Source: Tubiluchus corallicola
Lineage: Eukaryota; Animalia; Priapulida
Direction: 5' to 3'
DNA length: 36,591 nucleotides
Assembly: GCA_030141605.1 (NCBI GenBank)
Contig: JAQGDQ010001205.1
Span: forward strand, 19,026 to 55,616
Numbering within the stretch: position 1 is the first letter of the stretch; each line of letters begins with the position of its first letter. This document shows, piece by piece, positions 9,667-22,288 of this stretch. The position numbers were made by a program, and so were the translations under genes. The notes below the pieces were generated by a model, which saw nothing but the letters and a program-made list of their open reading frames with translations, searched no databases and was not told the DNA's origin.

Positions 9667-11496
9667 TTATACTTGTAAAGTATTTCTTGAGTGTTTTAAC
9701 CTATGTTTCCTTAAGTAGCTTTGCCTAGCAAAATTAGCTCCACATAGACTGCATAAGTATGGCTTGATTCCAGTGTGAACCGTGATGTGTTCCTTTAAGT
9801 ATCGTAGCTCGCTGAAGGCAGCACCGCAATGTTGACACGAATGAGGCCGAGGGTGCCCCGTATGTTTCAATCTATGGCTCTTCAACGATGAAAGATTAGA
9901 GAACGAAGCTTCACACTGCGAACAAGAATAAGGTTTTTCTCCCGTGTGAGTCATTAAATGCCTTTTCAGTAGGTACGATCGAGTAAAACTTGCCCCGCAC
10001 CATGCACACGTGTGCGGTCTCTCCCCGGTGTGACCCCTCAGATGTTGTTTTAAGCTACCGGGTTCCGTAAACGAAGCGTCGCACAGGTGACAGCCGTGCG
10101 GTCTTCCACCTTGGTGCCTCTTCAAGTGCCGCTGTAGTGTTCCTGACTGGGAAAAAGCTTTGCCACATAGCTCACATTTGTAAGGTTTTTCACCGCTGTG
10201 AGTCAACAGATGGCGCGTCAGCAAGCACTGCTGTCCAAAAGCCGCTCCGCAAAAATTGCAAAGATGAGGTTTGTCGCCCGAATGCGACAACTGGTGTCGA
10301 TTTAAGTTACCCGCACAGCTAAAAGTTGCAGCGCAGTGGGTGCAGATGTAAGGCTTCTGTTTTGAATGCGTTTCTATGTGCATTTTCAAGCTGCTCATAT
10401 AATAGCATGCATAGCCACACTGATCACACTTGTAAAGCTTTTCAGTCTTATGATTCATCAAATGTCTGCTTAAATTTCTGGAATTTTTGAAAGCGAGTTT
10501 GCAGTAGTCACACTTAAATGGCAGTGGTGCAGGGTGGACATTAGGTTCGGCACCATTTTTGTCCAGTGTAGACTCGCATTGACCACTGGCTTGACAGTTT
10601 TTGATTTTGCTAACATGAGAGGTAAGATGTTTGTTGTAATGACCCAACCTGGCAAAAGAGGCCGTACACTGTGAACACTGAAAAGGTTTTTCATTCGAAT
10701 GTTTAAGCAAATGCTGCTTCAAATGACTTGGCCATACGAATGCGGCGTCGCACTGAGTACATTTGTGAGGCTTTGTTCCAGAGTGTTCCATCAAATGCTT
10801 CTTCAAATAACTGCTGCTGGAAAAAGTGCCGCCGCACTTAACGCACGTGAATGGTTTCACGCCGGTATGTGTGAACAGATGGCGTTTCAAGTGACTCGGA
10901 CTAGTAAAGGCACCTTCACAATGCTGACATTTATATGGCCGTCCCTGACTCGCAGATTTGATTAATGGCGTATCTCCTGCAGAGCTCAGAGATGCTTCAC
11001 TTACTACAACATGGTCTGAAGAATCGCGGCTGTTGTCACATTGTTCAACAGTGTCATTGTTTTTCACACATTGTTTAACAGTGTCATTGTTTTTCACACA
11101 TTGTTTAACAGTGTCATTGTTTTCCACAGAATAACAACCTACATTTGATTGGGAGTTAGTAACATTTAAATCAAGCCTAGAACTTGCACTATTGGCAGCA
11201 TCAGCAACTGTCGATTTTCTATTAATAAAGTTACCAAAACAAGACCCGTTTTTGGAATTGCCGTTTGCATCAGCACCATCTTTCGCTTCTGATTCAACTT
11301 TTACGACAACTGCATCTACATCAGTCTGAGAGACAATTTCACTGGATGAACGAGGAAGTCTTTGTAGACCTTGTTCTTCTGACGAATCTGCTGGTTTCAG
11401 TATTTTAATGTCGTACGTTTCGCTCCCGTGATGGGATGCTTCAACCGGCAAAGAAGGCGGCTCTGATTTTACTAATGGACTCTCATCTTCATCCAT
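9667..11496 (-). CDS. C2H2 zinc-finger protein, 14 fingers (4+10), copy A; main coding exon
   Basis: CxxC-x12-HxxxH repeats with TGEKP-type linkers and a low-complexity N-terminus with VKSE/VKVE SUMO-like motifs. Splice acceptor TTTCTTGCTTTGCAG puts the exon start at 11516. Confidence 0.95.
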   Translation of the reverse strand: MDEDESPLVKSEPPSLPVEASHHGSETYDIKILKPADSSEEQGLQRLPRSSSEIVSQTDVDAVVVKVESEAKDGADANGNSKNGSCFGNFINRKSTVADAANSASSRLDLNVTNSQSNVGCYSVENNDTVKQCVKNNDTVKQCVKNNDTVEQCDNSRDSSDHVVVSEASLSSAGDTPLIKSASQGRPYKCQHCEGAFTSPSHLKRHLFTHTGVKPFTCVKCGGTFSSSSYLKKHLMEHSGTKPHKCTQCDAAFVWPSHLKQHLLKHSNEKPFQCSQCTASFARLGHYNKHLTSHVSKIKNCQASGQCESTLDKNGAEPNVHPAPLPFKCDYCKLAFKNSRNLSRHLMNHKTEKLYKCDQCGYACYYMSSLKMHIETHSKQKPYICTHCAATFSCAGNLNRHQLSHSGDKPHLCNFCGAAFGQQCLLTRHLLTHSGEKPYKCELCGKAFSQSGTLQRHLKRHQGGRPHGCHLCDASFTEPGSLKQHLRGHTGERPHTCAWCGASFTRSYLLKRHLMTHTGEKPYSCSQCEASFSNLSSLKSHRLKHTGHPRPHSCQHCGAAFSELRYLKEHITVHTGIKPYLCSLCGANFARQSYLRKHRLKHSRNTLQV

Positions 11497-11659
11497 CCTA
11501 GAATGTATTGAAAACTCTGCAAAGCAAGAAATGTAGTTAACTACTTTAATTTAACTGGATGTCAGACACTGTAATTACCTGTTGCATTAAATTGTCAAAA
11601 CAATTTAAAACAATGTTCACACTGGTGTCATTTGCTGATAATTAAATGTCAAATTAAAA

Positions 11660-12324
11660 CAGCAAAATCGTCCATAAGTAGGCAGTTAAGCTTTTTATTA
11701 TTCAAATATCCCGAATTTCCATTTCCTGGGGATCATTTTAATACCAAGCTCATTACTCTATGTTATTTCTAAGCTGAGATAATCTACGTTGAAATTAAGG
11801 TGCAGGCTGTGCAGTGAAAAACTTAATGTTTAGAAAATCGCTGTTATAGTTAGCCATTGTTTTCTGTCGCGTTTCTACAAAAACTTAGCAACCGTACAAA
11901 TGTTGGTTGCCAAGGACTTTGAAAGAACGCGTTGAAGTCTGTTTAAATCCAGCAGATGGCTCTTCCAGACAAAGATCTGGGCTTGGCACCAGAAAAAACC
12001 CAAAGCAAAACGAACTACAAAAGCAAAATGACTGCTTCCAGGAGCTATTATCGGAGTGTGAATATACAATTTTTCACAATTGCAGCACTAGTTTCTAGCC
12101 AGAAAAGTGGGTAGGGGGTTAAAAAATTAGATTTCTAGTATTTTTTAAACATTTTTTTTGATAATTTCATGCTAGAATATAAAAGCCCAATATATTTAGC
12201 ATTTGGTTTTATAAAAAACAAAAAATTAACATTTGACCAAATTCTTTGTGCATTCTAGTTTGAAGCATCATAACATAGTTTTAACTATGCCGACTTATGG
12301 ACGGTTTTGGTTTGCAAGCACACA
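11660..12324 (-). mobile_element. MITE copy (7757-8367 family) in the ZNF copy A intron
   Basis: TIR ...ACTTATGGACGGTTTTGGTTTGCAAGCACACA at the right end; partial TIR at the left end. Confidence 0.75.
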
Positions 12325-13949
12325 TATAAGCTTCTACAACTTAAAATCATTTTATTTTATTATAAACTTACTCTAAAACTTGTTTCCTTTGATTTTGTAT
12401 CACTTGATTATTGAATTATTTTTGAATTATGAATTTATTCCACAGCAACTCAAACATACATACAAGTTGATATTACATTGAAAAAAACGTAAATAAACTA
12501 TGCGAGTTACTGTGAGGAGGAGGAAGGAGCCTTGAGATTTCGAGTCCTCTTCCAGATAAGTGAAACAATTGACAATTAACATTACATTTTCATCAGTTAT
12601 AACGTACATTAGAACAAAATAAGTTTTGTTAGTAACTTAAGATCAGGATGAGTAAAATTGTGAGTTAATTATACCATTGCAGTAGGTAATTCTTTGATGC
12701 TTTTTTAAATTGATAAAGATTAAGAGTTTTCATTTAACGCGGAATTGATGACCATATTTTAATAGCATTGTATTTTGATGACTGTTTCGTTATATTTGTT
12801 TTTGGAAGAGGGAGTACATAGCTTTCGACTGAATATCTTGTGTAATGATCATGTTGATTTGAAACTGGACTAAAGTATGACTGAAAAGCTGGTGGAAGTA
12901 GTCAATTATGATACTGATACATGAAATGAAGACAATACATGTCATATATTTCTTTCACTTTAAGAGTTTTAACTAACAGACAAGTAAATTATATTTGTGG
13001 AAATTATATTATTATTAGAGATATTAAGTTTGAAGAACTGCCATTTTTTTGTTGAACAAGACGAATGATGTTACGAGTACAGTCAAGAGGTCATTAGAGA
13101 TTGCTAAACAAACATTAGTAGCCAAAAACGCTTTTAGTATCTCATACGCAGTTCTTGCTCATTCGTGCCAAAGATGCGAAACATGGCGATGTTTACAGCA
13201 ATGCACACATTCGAAATTCGCCAGAAAATTATTTAATTCACAAGTTTGTTTTGTTTAATAATAATTGTGAATTCTTTGTGTAATCACACAAATGTGTTAA
13301 AAGCCAATGAGTTTGGTATCAAAATGATCCTCATGAAATGAAGATTCGGGATATGTGAATAACTAGAAATGCTTAATTGCCAACTTACGGATGGCAACCC
13401 CAGCCGAAAGTTAGCCATGGTAAAACATGGCCGAGTCTTGCATCCCCTAAAGAACCATGTTATAATAATTATTGGGTTTTACATTGTAATTAAAGAAATA
13501 AATATGCTTTTATATGACAGTGTCAAATAAGTCATATATGAATCACTTATACGAACTTATAAAATTCCCAGCTGGGTGTGCGATAAAAAATAGAAAAACA
13601 GAAAAGGTATTTTTATTGTTGGCCTGGACAAGAAAAAGTTTATGGCGTATTCTGACTAGAGTTTTCTTGCCGAAAAACTGCTGAGTATTAACCAACAGTA
13701 ACTGCAAGCAAACCTTGTGAAAGATTTTGCATCTCGAATTTTGACAGCTGTTTGTCTCTACAGAAATAAGGAACTGCGGCGCTATTACACTTTCGCACCG
13801 TCTAGCTTTTCCTGGCCTATTGGTTGTTTTCACGCCTACAGGCCAGAAAGCAGACCAACAGGCGTAATATACACCATATTCCCATAATATTATTGCTGCG
13901 TACGCTTTATAAGTACAGATTAAAATCAGATTAAAATCATGCATTACTT

Positions 13950-14620
13950 ACCTACTGCCGCCATTAAAAGCTGCACGTGAATAACCGTGTTTACATCACT
14001 GCTGCGCAATCGCTCTCGCGCAGTGACGTAGTGGGCCTTAACCTGTATTTTTAGTTTTTTCGCATAATTTATGATTATTAGGGTTGCAGCTACGGGAGTT
14101 TGTATCGTATCGCGGGAAATTATTTTAGACCACTACAGTTATTTATCATTAATTTTATTTATTACTGTAGTATTATCACTATTAGGTTATAAAAAAGTAA
14201 AGGTTTTTTCTTTATTTCGTAAATGCGGTGAAGATGAAAGTGTGTCACGTGCCTTTTAAGCTAGGCCCTGATAATGCATAAACTAGTACGAAATTCGTCA
14301 CGTGACCACACACACAAACAAGATGGCGATACTGTGTCGAACTGTGAATACAGCGTAATTATGCCTAAATAAGATTAAATTACAATTAGATTAGCGGAAA
14401 CATTCACTGATGACGTAAGAATAATAGAATGATGACTTACGAGCCTAAAAACGAGTAATAACCTATAAAAAGCTAGGCGGTGCGAAAGTGTAATAGCGCC
14501 GGAACTGCTGCGAGTTCTCCATAAAAAGTGCTGAGAGCATTCACAGTAAACGGTAAATGATCTCACAGCTACTATCAGAAAAAGTACGGTAAAATTTTTA
14601 TCGATAGTAACTCGTGTTTT
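13950..14620. promoter_or_regulatory. CpG-enriched bidirectional promoter-like island
   Basis: Outward-facing YY1-like/start motifs (ATGGCGGC on minus at 13964, AAGATGGCG on plus at ~14320). CACGTG E-boxes (~13974, ~14246, GTCACGTGAC ~14297), TGACGT (~14024, 14411), GCGGGAAA E2F-like (~14112), TATCGATA DRE-like (~14599). Confidence 0.6.
13952..13964 (-). CDS. Putative 13-nt first coding exon of ZNF copy A (MAAV-E)
   Basis: Minus strand ATGGCGGCAGTAG|GTAAGT has a consensus donor. 13 nt plus the 20 nt after the 11516 acceptor gives 33 nt, in frame without a stop: MAAVEFSIHSR-MDEDESP. Confidence 0.65.
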
Positions 14621-16725
14621 TCTCTCACTCCAGTCCAAACACAGCTTACGAGAACATTAGTTAAGTAAATAATTATTATATCTTTTTAAGTAAATTTGCA
14701 ACAACGCTTTCACAAATCTTTTCGGTCTTCTTACAAAAATTAAGCCTGTTATGTTCAACTGTACGTGAATTCTACATTCAGTTATATATACCGAACCGTA
14801 TTACTCAAAAGAGAGAAAAAGAAAGTAAAATCTAGAAAAATCTAAATCAACTTAGTGAAAATTGGTACAGCGTCTTGCAATATGGGGATACTTTCAAGAA
14901 ACAGTGGCACCCAAAAACTTTTCTCTTTTCACGTTATTTCTGCACGACAAAGATATTACGTTTTAGTAGCCTTGGTTTTTCCAAAAAGGGACACAGCTAT
15001 AGGCGCACAACCAAATATTTTAACTCTAAAATACTTATCCAAAATTAAAATAACTGACAACAATGCTATATAAATTACCATCAATAAAAGCAGTCAGGGC
15101 GAAAATAATTGATTGTAATAACAGCATTGAGACACAAAGGAATATAAGTAAGTAAGTTTACTAGTTTATCACCATTTTTTTACAATAGCAAAATACATAA
15201 CTAAGTGATCTATAATTCTGTACAACATACGACAATATGACAATGAGAAAAGTGATTACTGATTAGTGGTGAAGGAACTATAAGTTATCGAGGTCAGCCA
15301 CCCTCTCAGAATTATTAGATATGTATGTAATTAATGGCAAGTACCAAGTAGTTAAGAATTATCAGATTGCATTTAAGACAATTGTCGATTAATTTATAAC
15401 ACAAAGGTGTTAGTTTCTGTTCAATCTTTAAAATATGTATCACGTTAAACTTTGATTATTTTATGTATCCAAAATTATTATTATGGTTAGGACTTAGAAC
15501 TATAGAAAGAAAAAATAATTTTTTCGCTTGTAGCTAGCAAAAGTGGGTAAACATGTTTGTTGAGTCACGAAAGAAAAAGTTGAAAGCAAATGTATCTTGA
15601 AATTCTTTAGGATGAGCAAAAAATTGAGCATTAGCGATTACAAAAATAATAAATATAAATTATACATAAGGAGTACCTTGCCTTCGTAACATACATTTGA
15701 GCTATAATGCATAGGATTTGTGCAGTACGACAGAAATAATCTTATTAATATTTTATTAATTAAAGCCTTGTAATAACCGGATTCAGTGTGAATTGTGCAT
15801 TGCTAATTTTCTTTTACCTAGTATTTAAAAAAACTAAATGCAATATCAACTTAAATAGCATAAGTTGACGTTATTAGTGAATTTAATTTACACTTAATAG
15901 AAAAACCCGCTGGAAATAATAGAGTTACCTCAAGTACAGTGGAAGTAAGGAAAATAGTAGTTACGAATTACGGTTAGTTTAGCAAAAATTACTCTACTTT
16001 TAGCATATCACAGATCTACGAAGAGTTATTGATATGTTAATAAGTTAATTTGTTTTTAATTTCTTGGGGAATAAAAGTCCAGATGTTGGGACTTTGATAT
16101 TTAAGAGAACACTGAATGTCTACAATAATACAGATTTGATATTGTTCAAGATGACTTCTGCTAGCACCTGTACGAGGGAAGTTATGTGTTCGTGTGAATT
16201 TTTGTATTAGAACAATTCTATGTTGTAGAGAATATATTTGACGAACTTTCTGTTACTTGCTGCAATTTCAATTCAGTTAAATTCAAACGTGAATTTATTT
16301 TCACGTTCATGATATAAATAAAACAAATAAGCGTATTTCTTTATTATTTACTGCAAAATAGGTTGGTGAAAGACAATATTGGTCAACCAATAGAGCTATC
16401 CTTCAGTAGATAAAAGCGATACTGGGATGACACTATATATATAAGCAATATTTAACTCACGACTAGAACTGAGAATAAATTATGTTATTACTGTTTTACT
16501 GAGCAAATTGATCTGTTTAAATCTGGCTGATCATTAGTTAAAAATTTCTCTATATAATCTTAAATAACCGTGTGGTGAAAATGCAGTTAAATATATTTAT
16601 ATATATTTATATATATATAACAAAACGATAGACAAAAAGCAAAACAATGATAATTATAACCCAGCCAATATGTTATAAAATGAATATACATAATAAGAGT
16701 AAGATTTTAAGTTGTAGAAGCTTAT

Positions 16726-17393
16726 TTGTGTTGCTTGCAAACCAAAACCGTCCATAAGTCGGCATAGTTAAAACTATGTTATGATGCTTCAAACTAGAAT
16801 GCACAAAGAATTTGGTCAAATGTTAATTTTTTGTTTTTTATAAAACCAAATGCTAAATATATTGGGCTTTTATATTCTAGCATGAAATTATCAAAAAAAA
16901 ATGTTTAAAAAATACTAGAAATCTAATTTTTTAACCCCCTACCCACTTTTCTGGCTAGAAACTAGTGCTGCAATTGTGAAAAATTGTATATTCACACTCC
17001 GATAATAGCTCCTGGAAGCAGTCATTTTGCTTTTGTAGTTCGTTTTGCTTTGGGTTTTTTCTGGTGCCAAGCCCAGATCTTTGTCTGGAAGAGCCATCTG
17101 CTGGATTTAAACAGACTTCAACGCGTTCTTTCAAAGTCCTTGGCAACCAACAGTTGTACGGTTGCTAAGTTTTTGTAGAAACGCGACAGAAAACAATGGC
17201 TAACTATAAAGGTAATTTTCTAAACATTAAGTTTTTCACTGCACAGCCTGCACCTTAATTTCAACGTAGATTATCTCAGCTTAGAAATAACATAGAGTAA
17301 TGAGCTTGGTATTAAAATGATCCCCAGGAAATGGAAATTCGGGATATTTGAATAATAAAAAGCTTAACTGCCTACTTATGGACGATTTTGCTG
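16726..17393 (+). mobile_element. MITE copy upstream of the ZNF copy B acceptor
   Basis: Near-exact reverse complement of 11660-12324. Confidence 0.75.
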
Positions 17394-17556
17394 TTTTAAT
17401 TTGACATTTAATTATCAGCAAATGACACCAGTGTGAACATTGTTTTAAATTGTTTTGACAATTTAATGCAACAGGTAATTACAGTGTCTGACATCCAGTT
17501 AAATTAAAGTAGTTAACTACATTTCTTGCTTTGCAGAGTTTTCAATACATTCTAGG

Positions 17557-19347
17557 ATGGATGAAGATGAGAGTCCATTAGTAAAATCAGAGCCGCCTTC
17601 TTTGCCGGTTGAAGCATCCCATCACGGGAGCGAAATGTACGACATTAAAATACTGAAACCAGCAGATACGTCAGAAGAACAAGGTCTACAAAGACTTCCT
17701 CGTTCATCCAGCGAAATTGTCGCTCAGACTGATGTAGATGCAGTTGTCGTAAAAGTTGAATCAGAAGCGAAAGATGGTGCTGATGCAAACGGCAATTCCA
17801 AAAACGGGTCTTGTTTTGGTAACTTTATTAATAGAAAATCGACAGTTGCTGATGCTGCCAATAGTGCAAGTGCTAGGCTTGATTTAAATGTTACTAACTC
17901 CCAATCAAATGTAGGTTGTTATTCTGTGGAAAACAATGACACTGTTAAACAATGTGTGAAAAACAATGACACTGTTGAACAATGTGACAACAGCCGCGAT
18001 TCTTCAGAGCACATTGTAGTAAGTGAAGCATCTCTGAGCTCTGCAGGAGATACGCCATTAATCAAATCTGCGAGTCAGGGACGGCCATATAAATGTCAGC
18101 ATTGTGAAGGTGCCTTTACTAGTCCGAGTCACTTGAAACGCCATCTGTTCACACATACCGGCGTGAAACCATTCACGTGCGTTAAGTGCGGCGGCACTTT
18201 TTCCAGCAGCAGTTATTTGAAGAAGCATTTGATGGAACACTCTGGAACAAAGCCTCACAAATGTACTCAGTGCGACGCCGCATTCGTATGGCCAAGTCAT
18301 TTGAAGCAGCATTTGCTTAAACATTCGAATGAAAAACCTTTTCAGTGTTCACAGTGTACTGCCTCGTTTGCCAGGTTGGGTCATTACAACAAACATCTTA
18401 CTTCTCATGTTAGCAAAATCAAAAACTGTCAAGCCAGTGGTCAATGCGAGTCTTCACTGGACAAAAATGGTGCCAAACCTAATGTCCACCCTGCACCACT
18501 GCCATTTAAGTGTGACTACTGCAAACTCGCTTTCAAAAATTCCAGAAATTTAAGCAGACATTTGATGAATCACAAGACTGAAAAGCTTTACAAGTGCGAT
18601 CAGTGTGGCTATGCATGTTATTATATGAGCAGCTTGAAAATGCACATAGAAACGCATTCAAAACAGAAGCCTTACATCTGCACCCACTGCGCTGCAACTT
18701 TTAGCTGTGCGGGTAACTTAAATCGACACCAGCTGTCGCATTCGGGCGACAAACCTCATCTTTGCAATTTTTGCGGAGCGGCTTTTGGACAGCAGTGCTT
18801 GCTGACGCGCCATCTGTTGACTCACAGCGGTGAAAAACCTTACAAATGTGAGCTATGTGGCAAAGCTTTTTCCCAGTCAGGAACACTACAGCGGCACTTG
18901 AAGAGGCACCAAGGTGGAAGACCGCACGGCTGTCACCTGTGCGACGCTTCGTTTACCGAACCCGGTAGCTTAAAACAACATCTGAGGGGTCATACCGGGG
19001 AGAGACCGCACACGTGTGCGTGGTGCGGGGCAAGTTTTACTCGATCGTACCTACTGAAAAGGCATTTAATGACTCACACAGGAGAAAAACCTTATTCTTG
19101 TTCGCAGTGTGAAGCTTCGTTCTCTAATCTTTCATCGTTGAAGAGCCATAGATTGAAACATACGGGGCAGCCTCGACCTCATTCGTGTCAGCATTGCGGT
19201 GTTGCCTTCAGCGAGCTACGGTACTTAAAGGAACACATCACGGTTCACACTGGAATCAAGCCATACTTATGCAGTCTATGTGGAGCTAATTTCGCTAGGC
19301 AAAGCTACCTAAGGAAACATAGGTTAAAACACTCAAGAAATACTTAA
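17557..19347 (+). CDS. C2H2 zinc-finger protein, 14 fingers, copy B; main coding exon
   Basis: Near-identical to copy A. Lacks one 10-aa KNNDTVKQCV unit and ends 3 aa earlier (TTA vs TAA). Acceptor AG at 17535-17536. Confidence 0.95.
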   Translation: MDEDESPLVKSEPPSLPVEASHHGSEMYDIKILKPADTSEEQGLQRLPRSSSEIVAQTDVDAVVVKVESEAKDGADANGNSKNGSCFGNFINRKSTVADAANSASARLDLNVTNSQSNVGCYSVENNDTVKQCVKNNDTVEQCDNSRDSSEHIVVSEASLSSAGDTPLIKSASQGRPYKCQHCEGAFTSPSHLKRHLFTHTGVKPFTCVKCGGTFSSSSYLKKHLMEHSGTKPHKCTQCDAAFVWPSHLKQHLLKHSNEKPFQCSQCTASFARLGHYNKHLTSHVSKIKNCQASGQCESSLDKNGAKPNVHPAPLPFKCDYCKLAFKNSRNLSRHLMNHKTEKLYKCDQCGYACYYMSSLKMHIETHSKQKPYICTHCAATFSCAGNLNRHQLSHSGDKPHLCNFCGAAFGQQCLLTRHLLTHSGEKPYKCELCGKAFSQSGTLQRHLKRHQGGRPHGCHLCDASFTEPGSLKQHLRGHTGERPHTCAWCGASFTRSYLLKRHLMTHTGEKPYSCSQCEASFSNLSSLKSHRLKHTGQPRPHSCQHCGVAFSELRYLKEHITVHTGIKPYLCSLCGANFARQSYLRKHRLKHSRNT

Positions 19348-19557
19348 CAAGTATAAATTCACAGCCTAGTGATTCAAGATGAGATTTTATCAAGCACATT
19401 TAACAGGTGCTTTTTTGGAGCACTGGTTATTATTATTTCATAGTATTAGCATCTAGCCATTGAGTAGTAACATAGAAATAATGACTACTCCATTGTTGCT
19501 TAGTAAGATGAATGGATCAGATGTTTTTGACATTGTAATTTGTTTTGTTGTTTACAA

Positions 19558-20692
19558 AGGGATGAGAGTTTTCCGCGGATACGCGGAGTTCCGAGTTTTT
19601 GGAAGACCAGTAGTGCCATTTTTGTAAATCGCGTAAATTCGTTGAGAAAATTTTTACGGACCCAGTACATTATTTCACAAGCTGACCGCTAGATGGCAGG
19701 CCTTCATTTTGTTTACATCATGTACATCAGTGTAACCACGTGTAGATCTCTATGTATAAAAATATAGAATCAATTGTGTGGAGTTATTTGAGTCAATTGC
19801 AGACAGTTTTTATAAACTTTTGCATAGGAGCGGCCAGTACTTAGGCGTTTTTGAGACAATTAGGTATCACGTATCCTTGATAGTTGGGTATTTTATATTA
19901 TGCATGAAACAAGGTAATTGATATTTTAAGTCCACTTACAGGCTCTCTATGGTCACAAAATTGCAATTTGTTGCTGGCTCCAAGGGGACTTTGCCCCTCA
20001 ACCCCAATGGGGCCTAGGTGGCCCCAAAAACCCCGGCCTGTTTCAGAGTTTCTTGCAGTTTGTCATTCTCATCCCTAAATGTGTGCTTCATAGCAAAATT
20101 GTCCATAAGTCGGCAATCATTTTGATACCAAAGTCATCGCCGTATTTTATTTCTAAGCTGAGGTAATCCACATTGAAGTTGAGGTGCAGGCTGCGCACAG
20201 AAAAACATAATCTTGAGAAAATCGCTGTTAAAGTCAGCCATTGTTTTTTGTCGTGTTTCTATAAAACAGTTAGCAACCGCACGAATGTTGGTTGTTACGG
20301 ACTTTGCAAGAACACATTTAAATAATGTTATATCCAGTAGATGGCTGTTCCTGGCAAAGATCTGGGTTTGTCAACACTAAAAACCCGAAATAAAATGACT
20401 GCTTCCATGAGCTTCTAGCGGAGTTTAAAAAAACAAGTTTTTTACAATTGCAGCACTAGTTTCTAGCCAGAAAACTGAGTAAGGAGTTATAAAATTGGAT
20501 TTTTAGTGTTTTTTGAACATTTTCTTGATAATTTCATGCTAGATTGTAAAAGTCCAATATATTTAGCATTTGTTTTTATAAAAGAGAAAAAGGTGACATT
20601 TGACCAACTTTTTGGTGCATTGTACTTTGAAACATCATAACATTGTTTTAACTATGCCCACTTATGGACAGTTTTGGTTTGTCAAGCACACA
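19558..20692. mobile_element. Mirror copies of the hAT-like MITE (19558-20076) and the 610-bp MITE (20080-20692)
   Basis: Reverse complement of 7757-8889. Confidence 0.78.
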
Positions 20693-20714
20693 TATAGCCA
20701 ATGAGTAGCAACAA

Positions 20715-20832
20715 TGAAATAATGACTACTACATAGAAATAATGATTACTCCATAGAAATAATGATTACTACATAGAAATAATGATTACTCCATAGAAAT
20801 AATGATTACTACATAGAAATAATGATTACTCC
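20715..20832. repeat. 20-bp tandem repeat (ATAGAAATAATGATTACT(A/C)C), ~6 copies
   Basis: Directly visible; about 2 copies at the mirror site 7700-7736. Confidence 0.88.
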
Positions 20833-21579
20833 AATGTTGCTGTGTAAGGCGAATGGTCATTGGAGGATCAGATGGTTTGGACATTGTAATTGGTTTGTTG
20901 ATCAGAAATATTGATGTGCTCTGTAGCGCAGTATTTGAGAGTAGCACAATCCTCTCGGCTATGTTTTTAAATGGCCACATTATGTTGCTATTATGAATTT
21001 ATGATCTGTTATCAAATTTCATTTCAAATGTAACAACATCCCATGTAGAGAAGAGAACAACATTTGCAATTCTGTGACCAGGGACATATCAAGACTTTAT
21101 AATGCCTTTGGTCAATAGTTCTGTCCCGCATATCTCTATTGTGTTATTTATGTAATGAGTGCATTAAATAATTACTTGTGGTGTATTAGAAACACTATTA
21201 ACCTGGTCATTATCAATTACATGTATTTGCATAGTGCATGCTAGTCGTATAATGCCTTGCACCTGTTCGTTATGTGGCACTTATATAGGAGCAGGCCTCA
21301 GTAACTGCCTATGGTGTGTTATAAAATGCACCCTTCACATGAATATGAAAATGAAAGTATACACATTTTCCGAGCAGAATAAAAAAATTTCTAATTCTCA
21401 AACTTTGGGGGCCTAGGCTATAGTCTAGACTCTAGTTAGTCTATTAGTTAATATGCCCCTGATAGCGACATCTAAAACATTTGTGAAACTGTGAAGTTTC
21501 TTTACTGTTACAAGGCTTCACTCAATGTCACATTTCAATAAAATCATTTAACACAAGTTTCTTATTATGTAAATAATTT

Positions 21580-22018
21580 AAATTCTCAAAAGTGCTATGA
21601 TTACAACATACAGCCATGAGTTACCGAGTATTCATCTTAACAACATAATTAATAAAAATAACTTATTAATTCTCAAAAGTGCTATGATTACAACATACAG
21701 CCATGAGTTACCGAGTATTCATCTTAACAACATAATTAATAAAAATAACTTATTAATTCTCAAAAGTGCTATGATTACAACGTACAGCCATGAGTTACCG
21801 AGTATTCATCTTAACAACATAATTAATAAAAATAACTTATTAATTCTCAAAAGTGCTATGATTACAACATACAGCCATGAGTTACCGAGTATTCATCTTA
21901 ACAACATAATTAATAAAAATAACTTATTAATTCTCAAAAGTGCTATGATTACAACGTACAGCTATGAGTTACCGAGTATTCATCTTAACAACGTAATTAA
22001 TAAATATAACTTATTAAT
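21580..22018. repeat. 87-bp minisatellite, ~5 copies (mirror arm)
   Basis: Reverse complement of the same unit. Confidence 0.93.
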
Positions 22019-22288
22019 AATAATAATGATAATCTTTATTTAAAGTCGGCTTTTGGGTCAACAATTAACATTAGCTCAAAGAGCTATTATCGCCGACTGT
22101 AAATAACAACCTACAACTACACAACAGAGACTATTATTACCCCACTTTTACCCTAAATACTACGCGTCGGGCAGGGCAACAGCGGGTACCATTTTTAAAG
22201 TCTTTGGTATGACCCGGCCGCTGGTTCAAACTCACAACCTCCCAGACGGAAAGTGGACGCGTTACCACTAGACTAAACCGTCTGGTCA
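22015..22288 (-). mobile_element. Mirror copy of the tRNA-derived SINE
   Basis: Reverse complement of 5469-5747 with scattered substitutions. Confidence 0.75.

Larger units (their letters stand above)
4103..12374. repeat. Left arm of a large inverted duplication (continues through the RTE insertion to the window start)
   Basis: Reverse complement of ~16696-23400 with the same order of ZNF gene, MITEs, 87-bp minisatellite, SINE and 86-bp repeat. Confidence 0.92.

Noticed and set aside
13543-15073. Spacer ORFs (133, 62, 87 and 72 aa) as genes
   Set aside because: No recognisable domains, AT-rich low-information translations, and they overlap the promoter/intron region.
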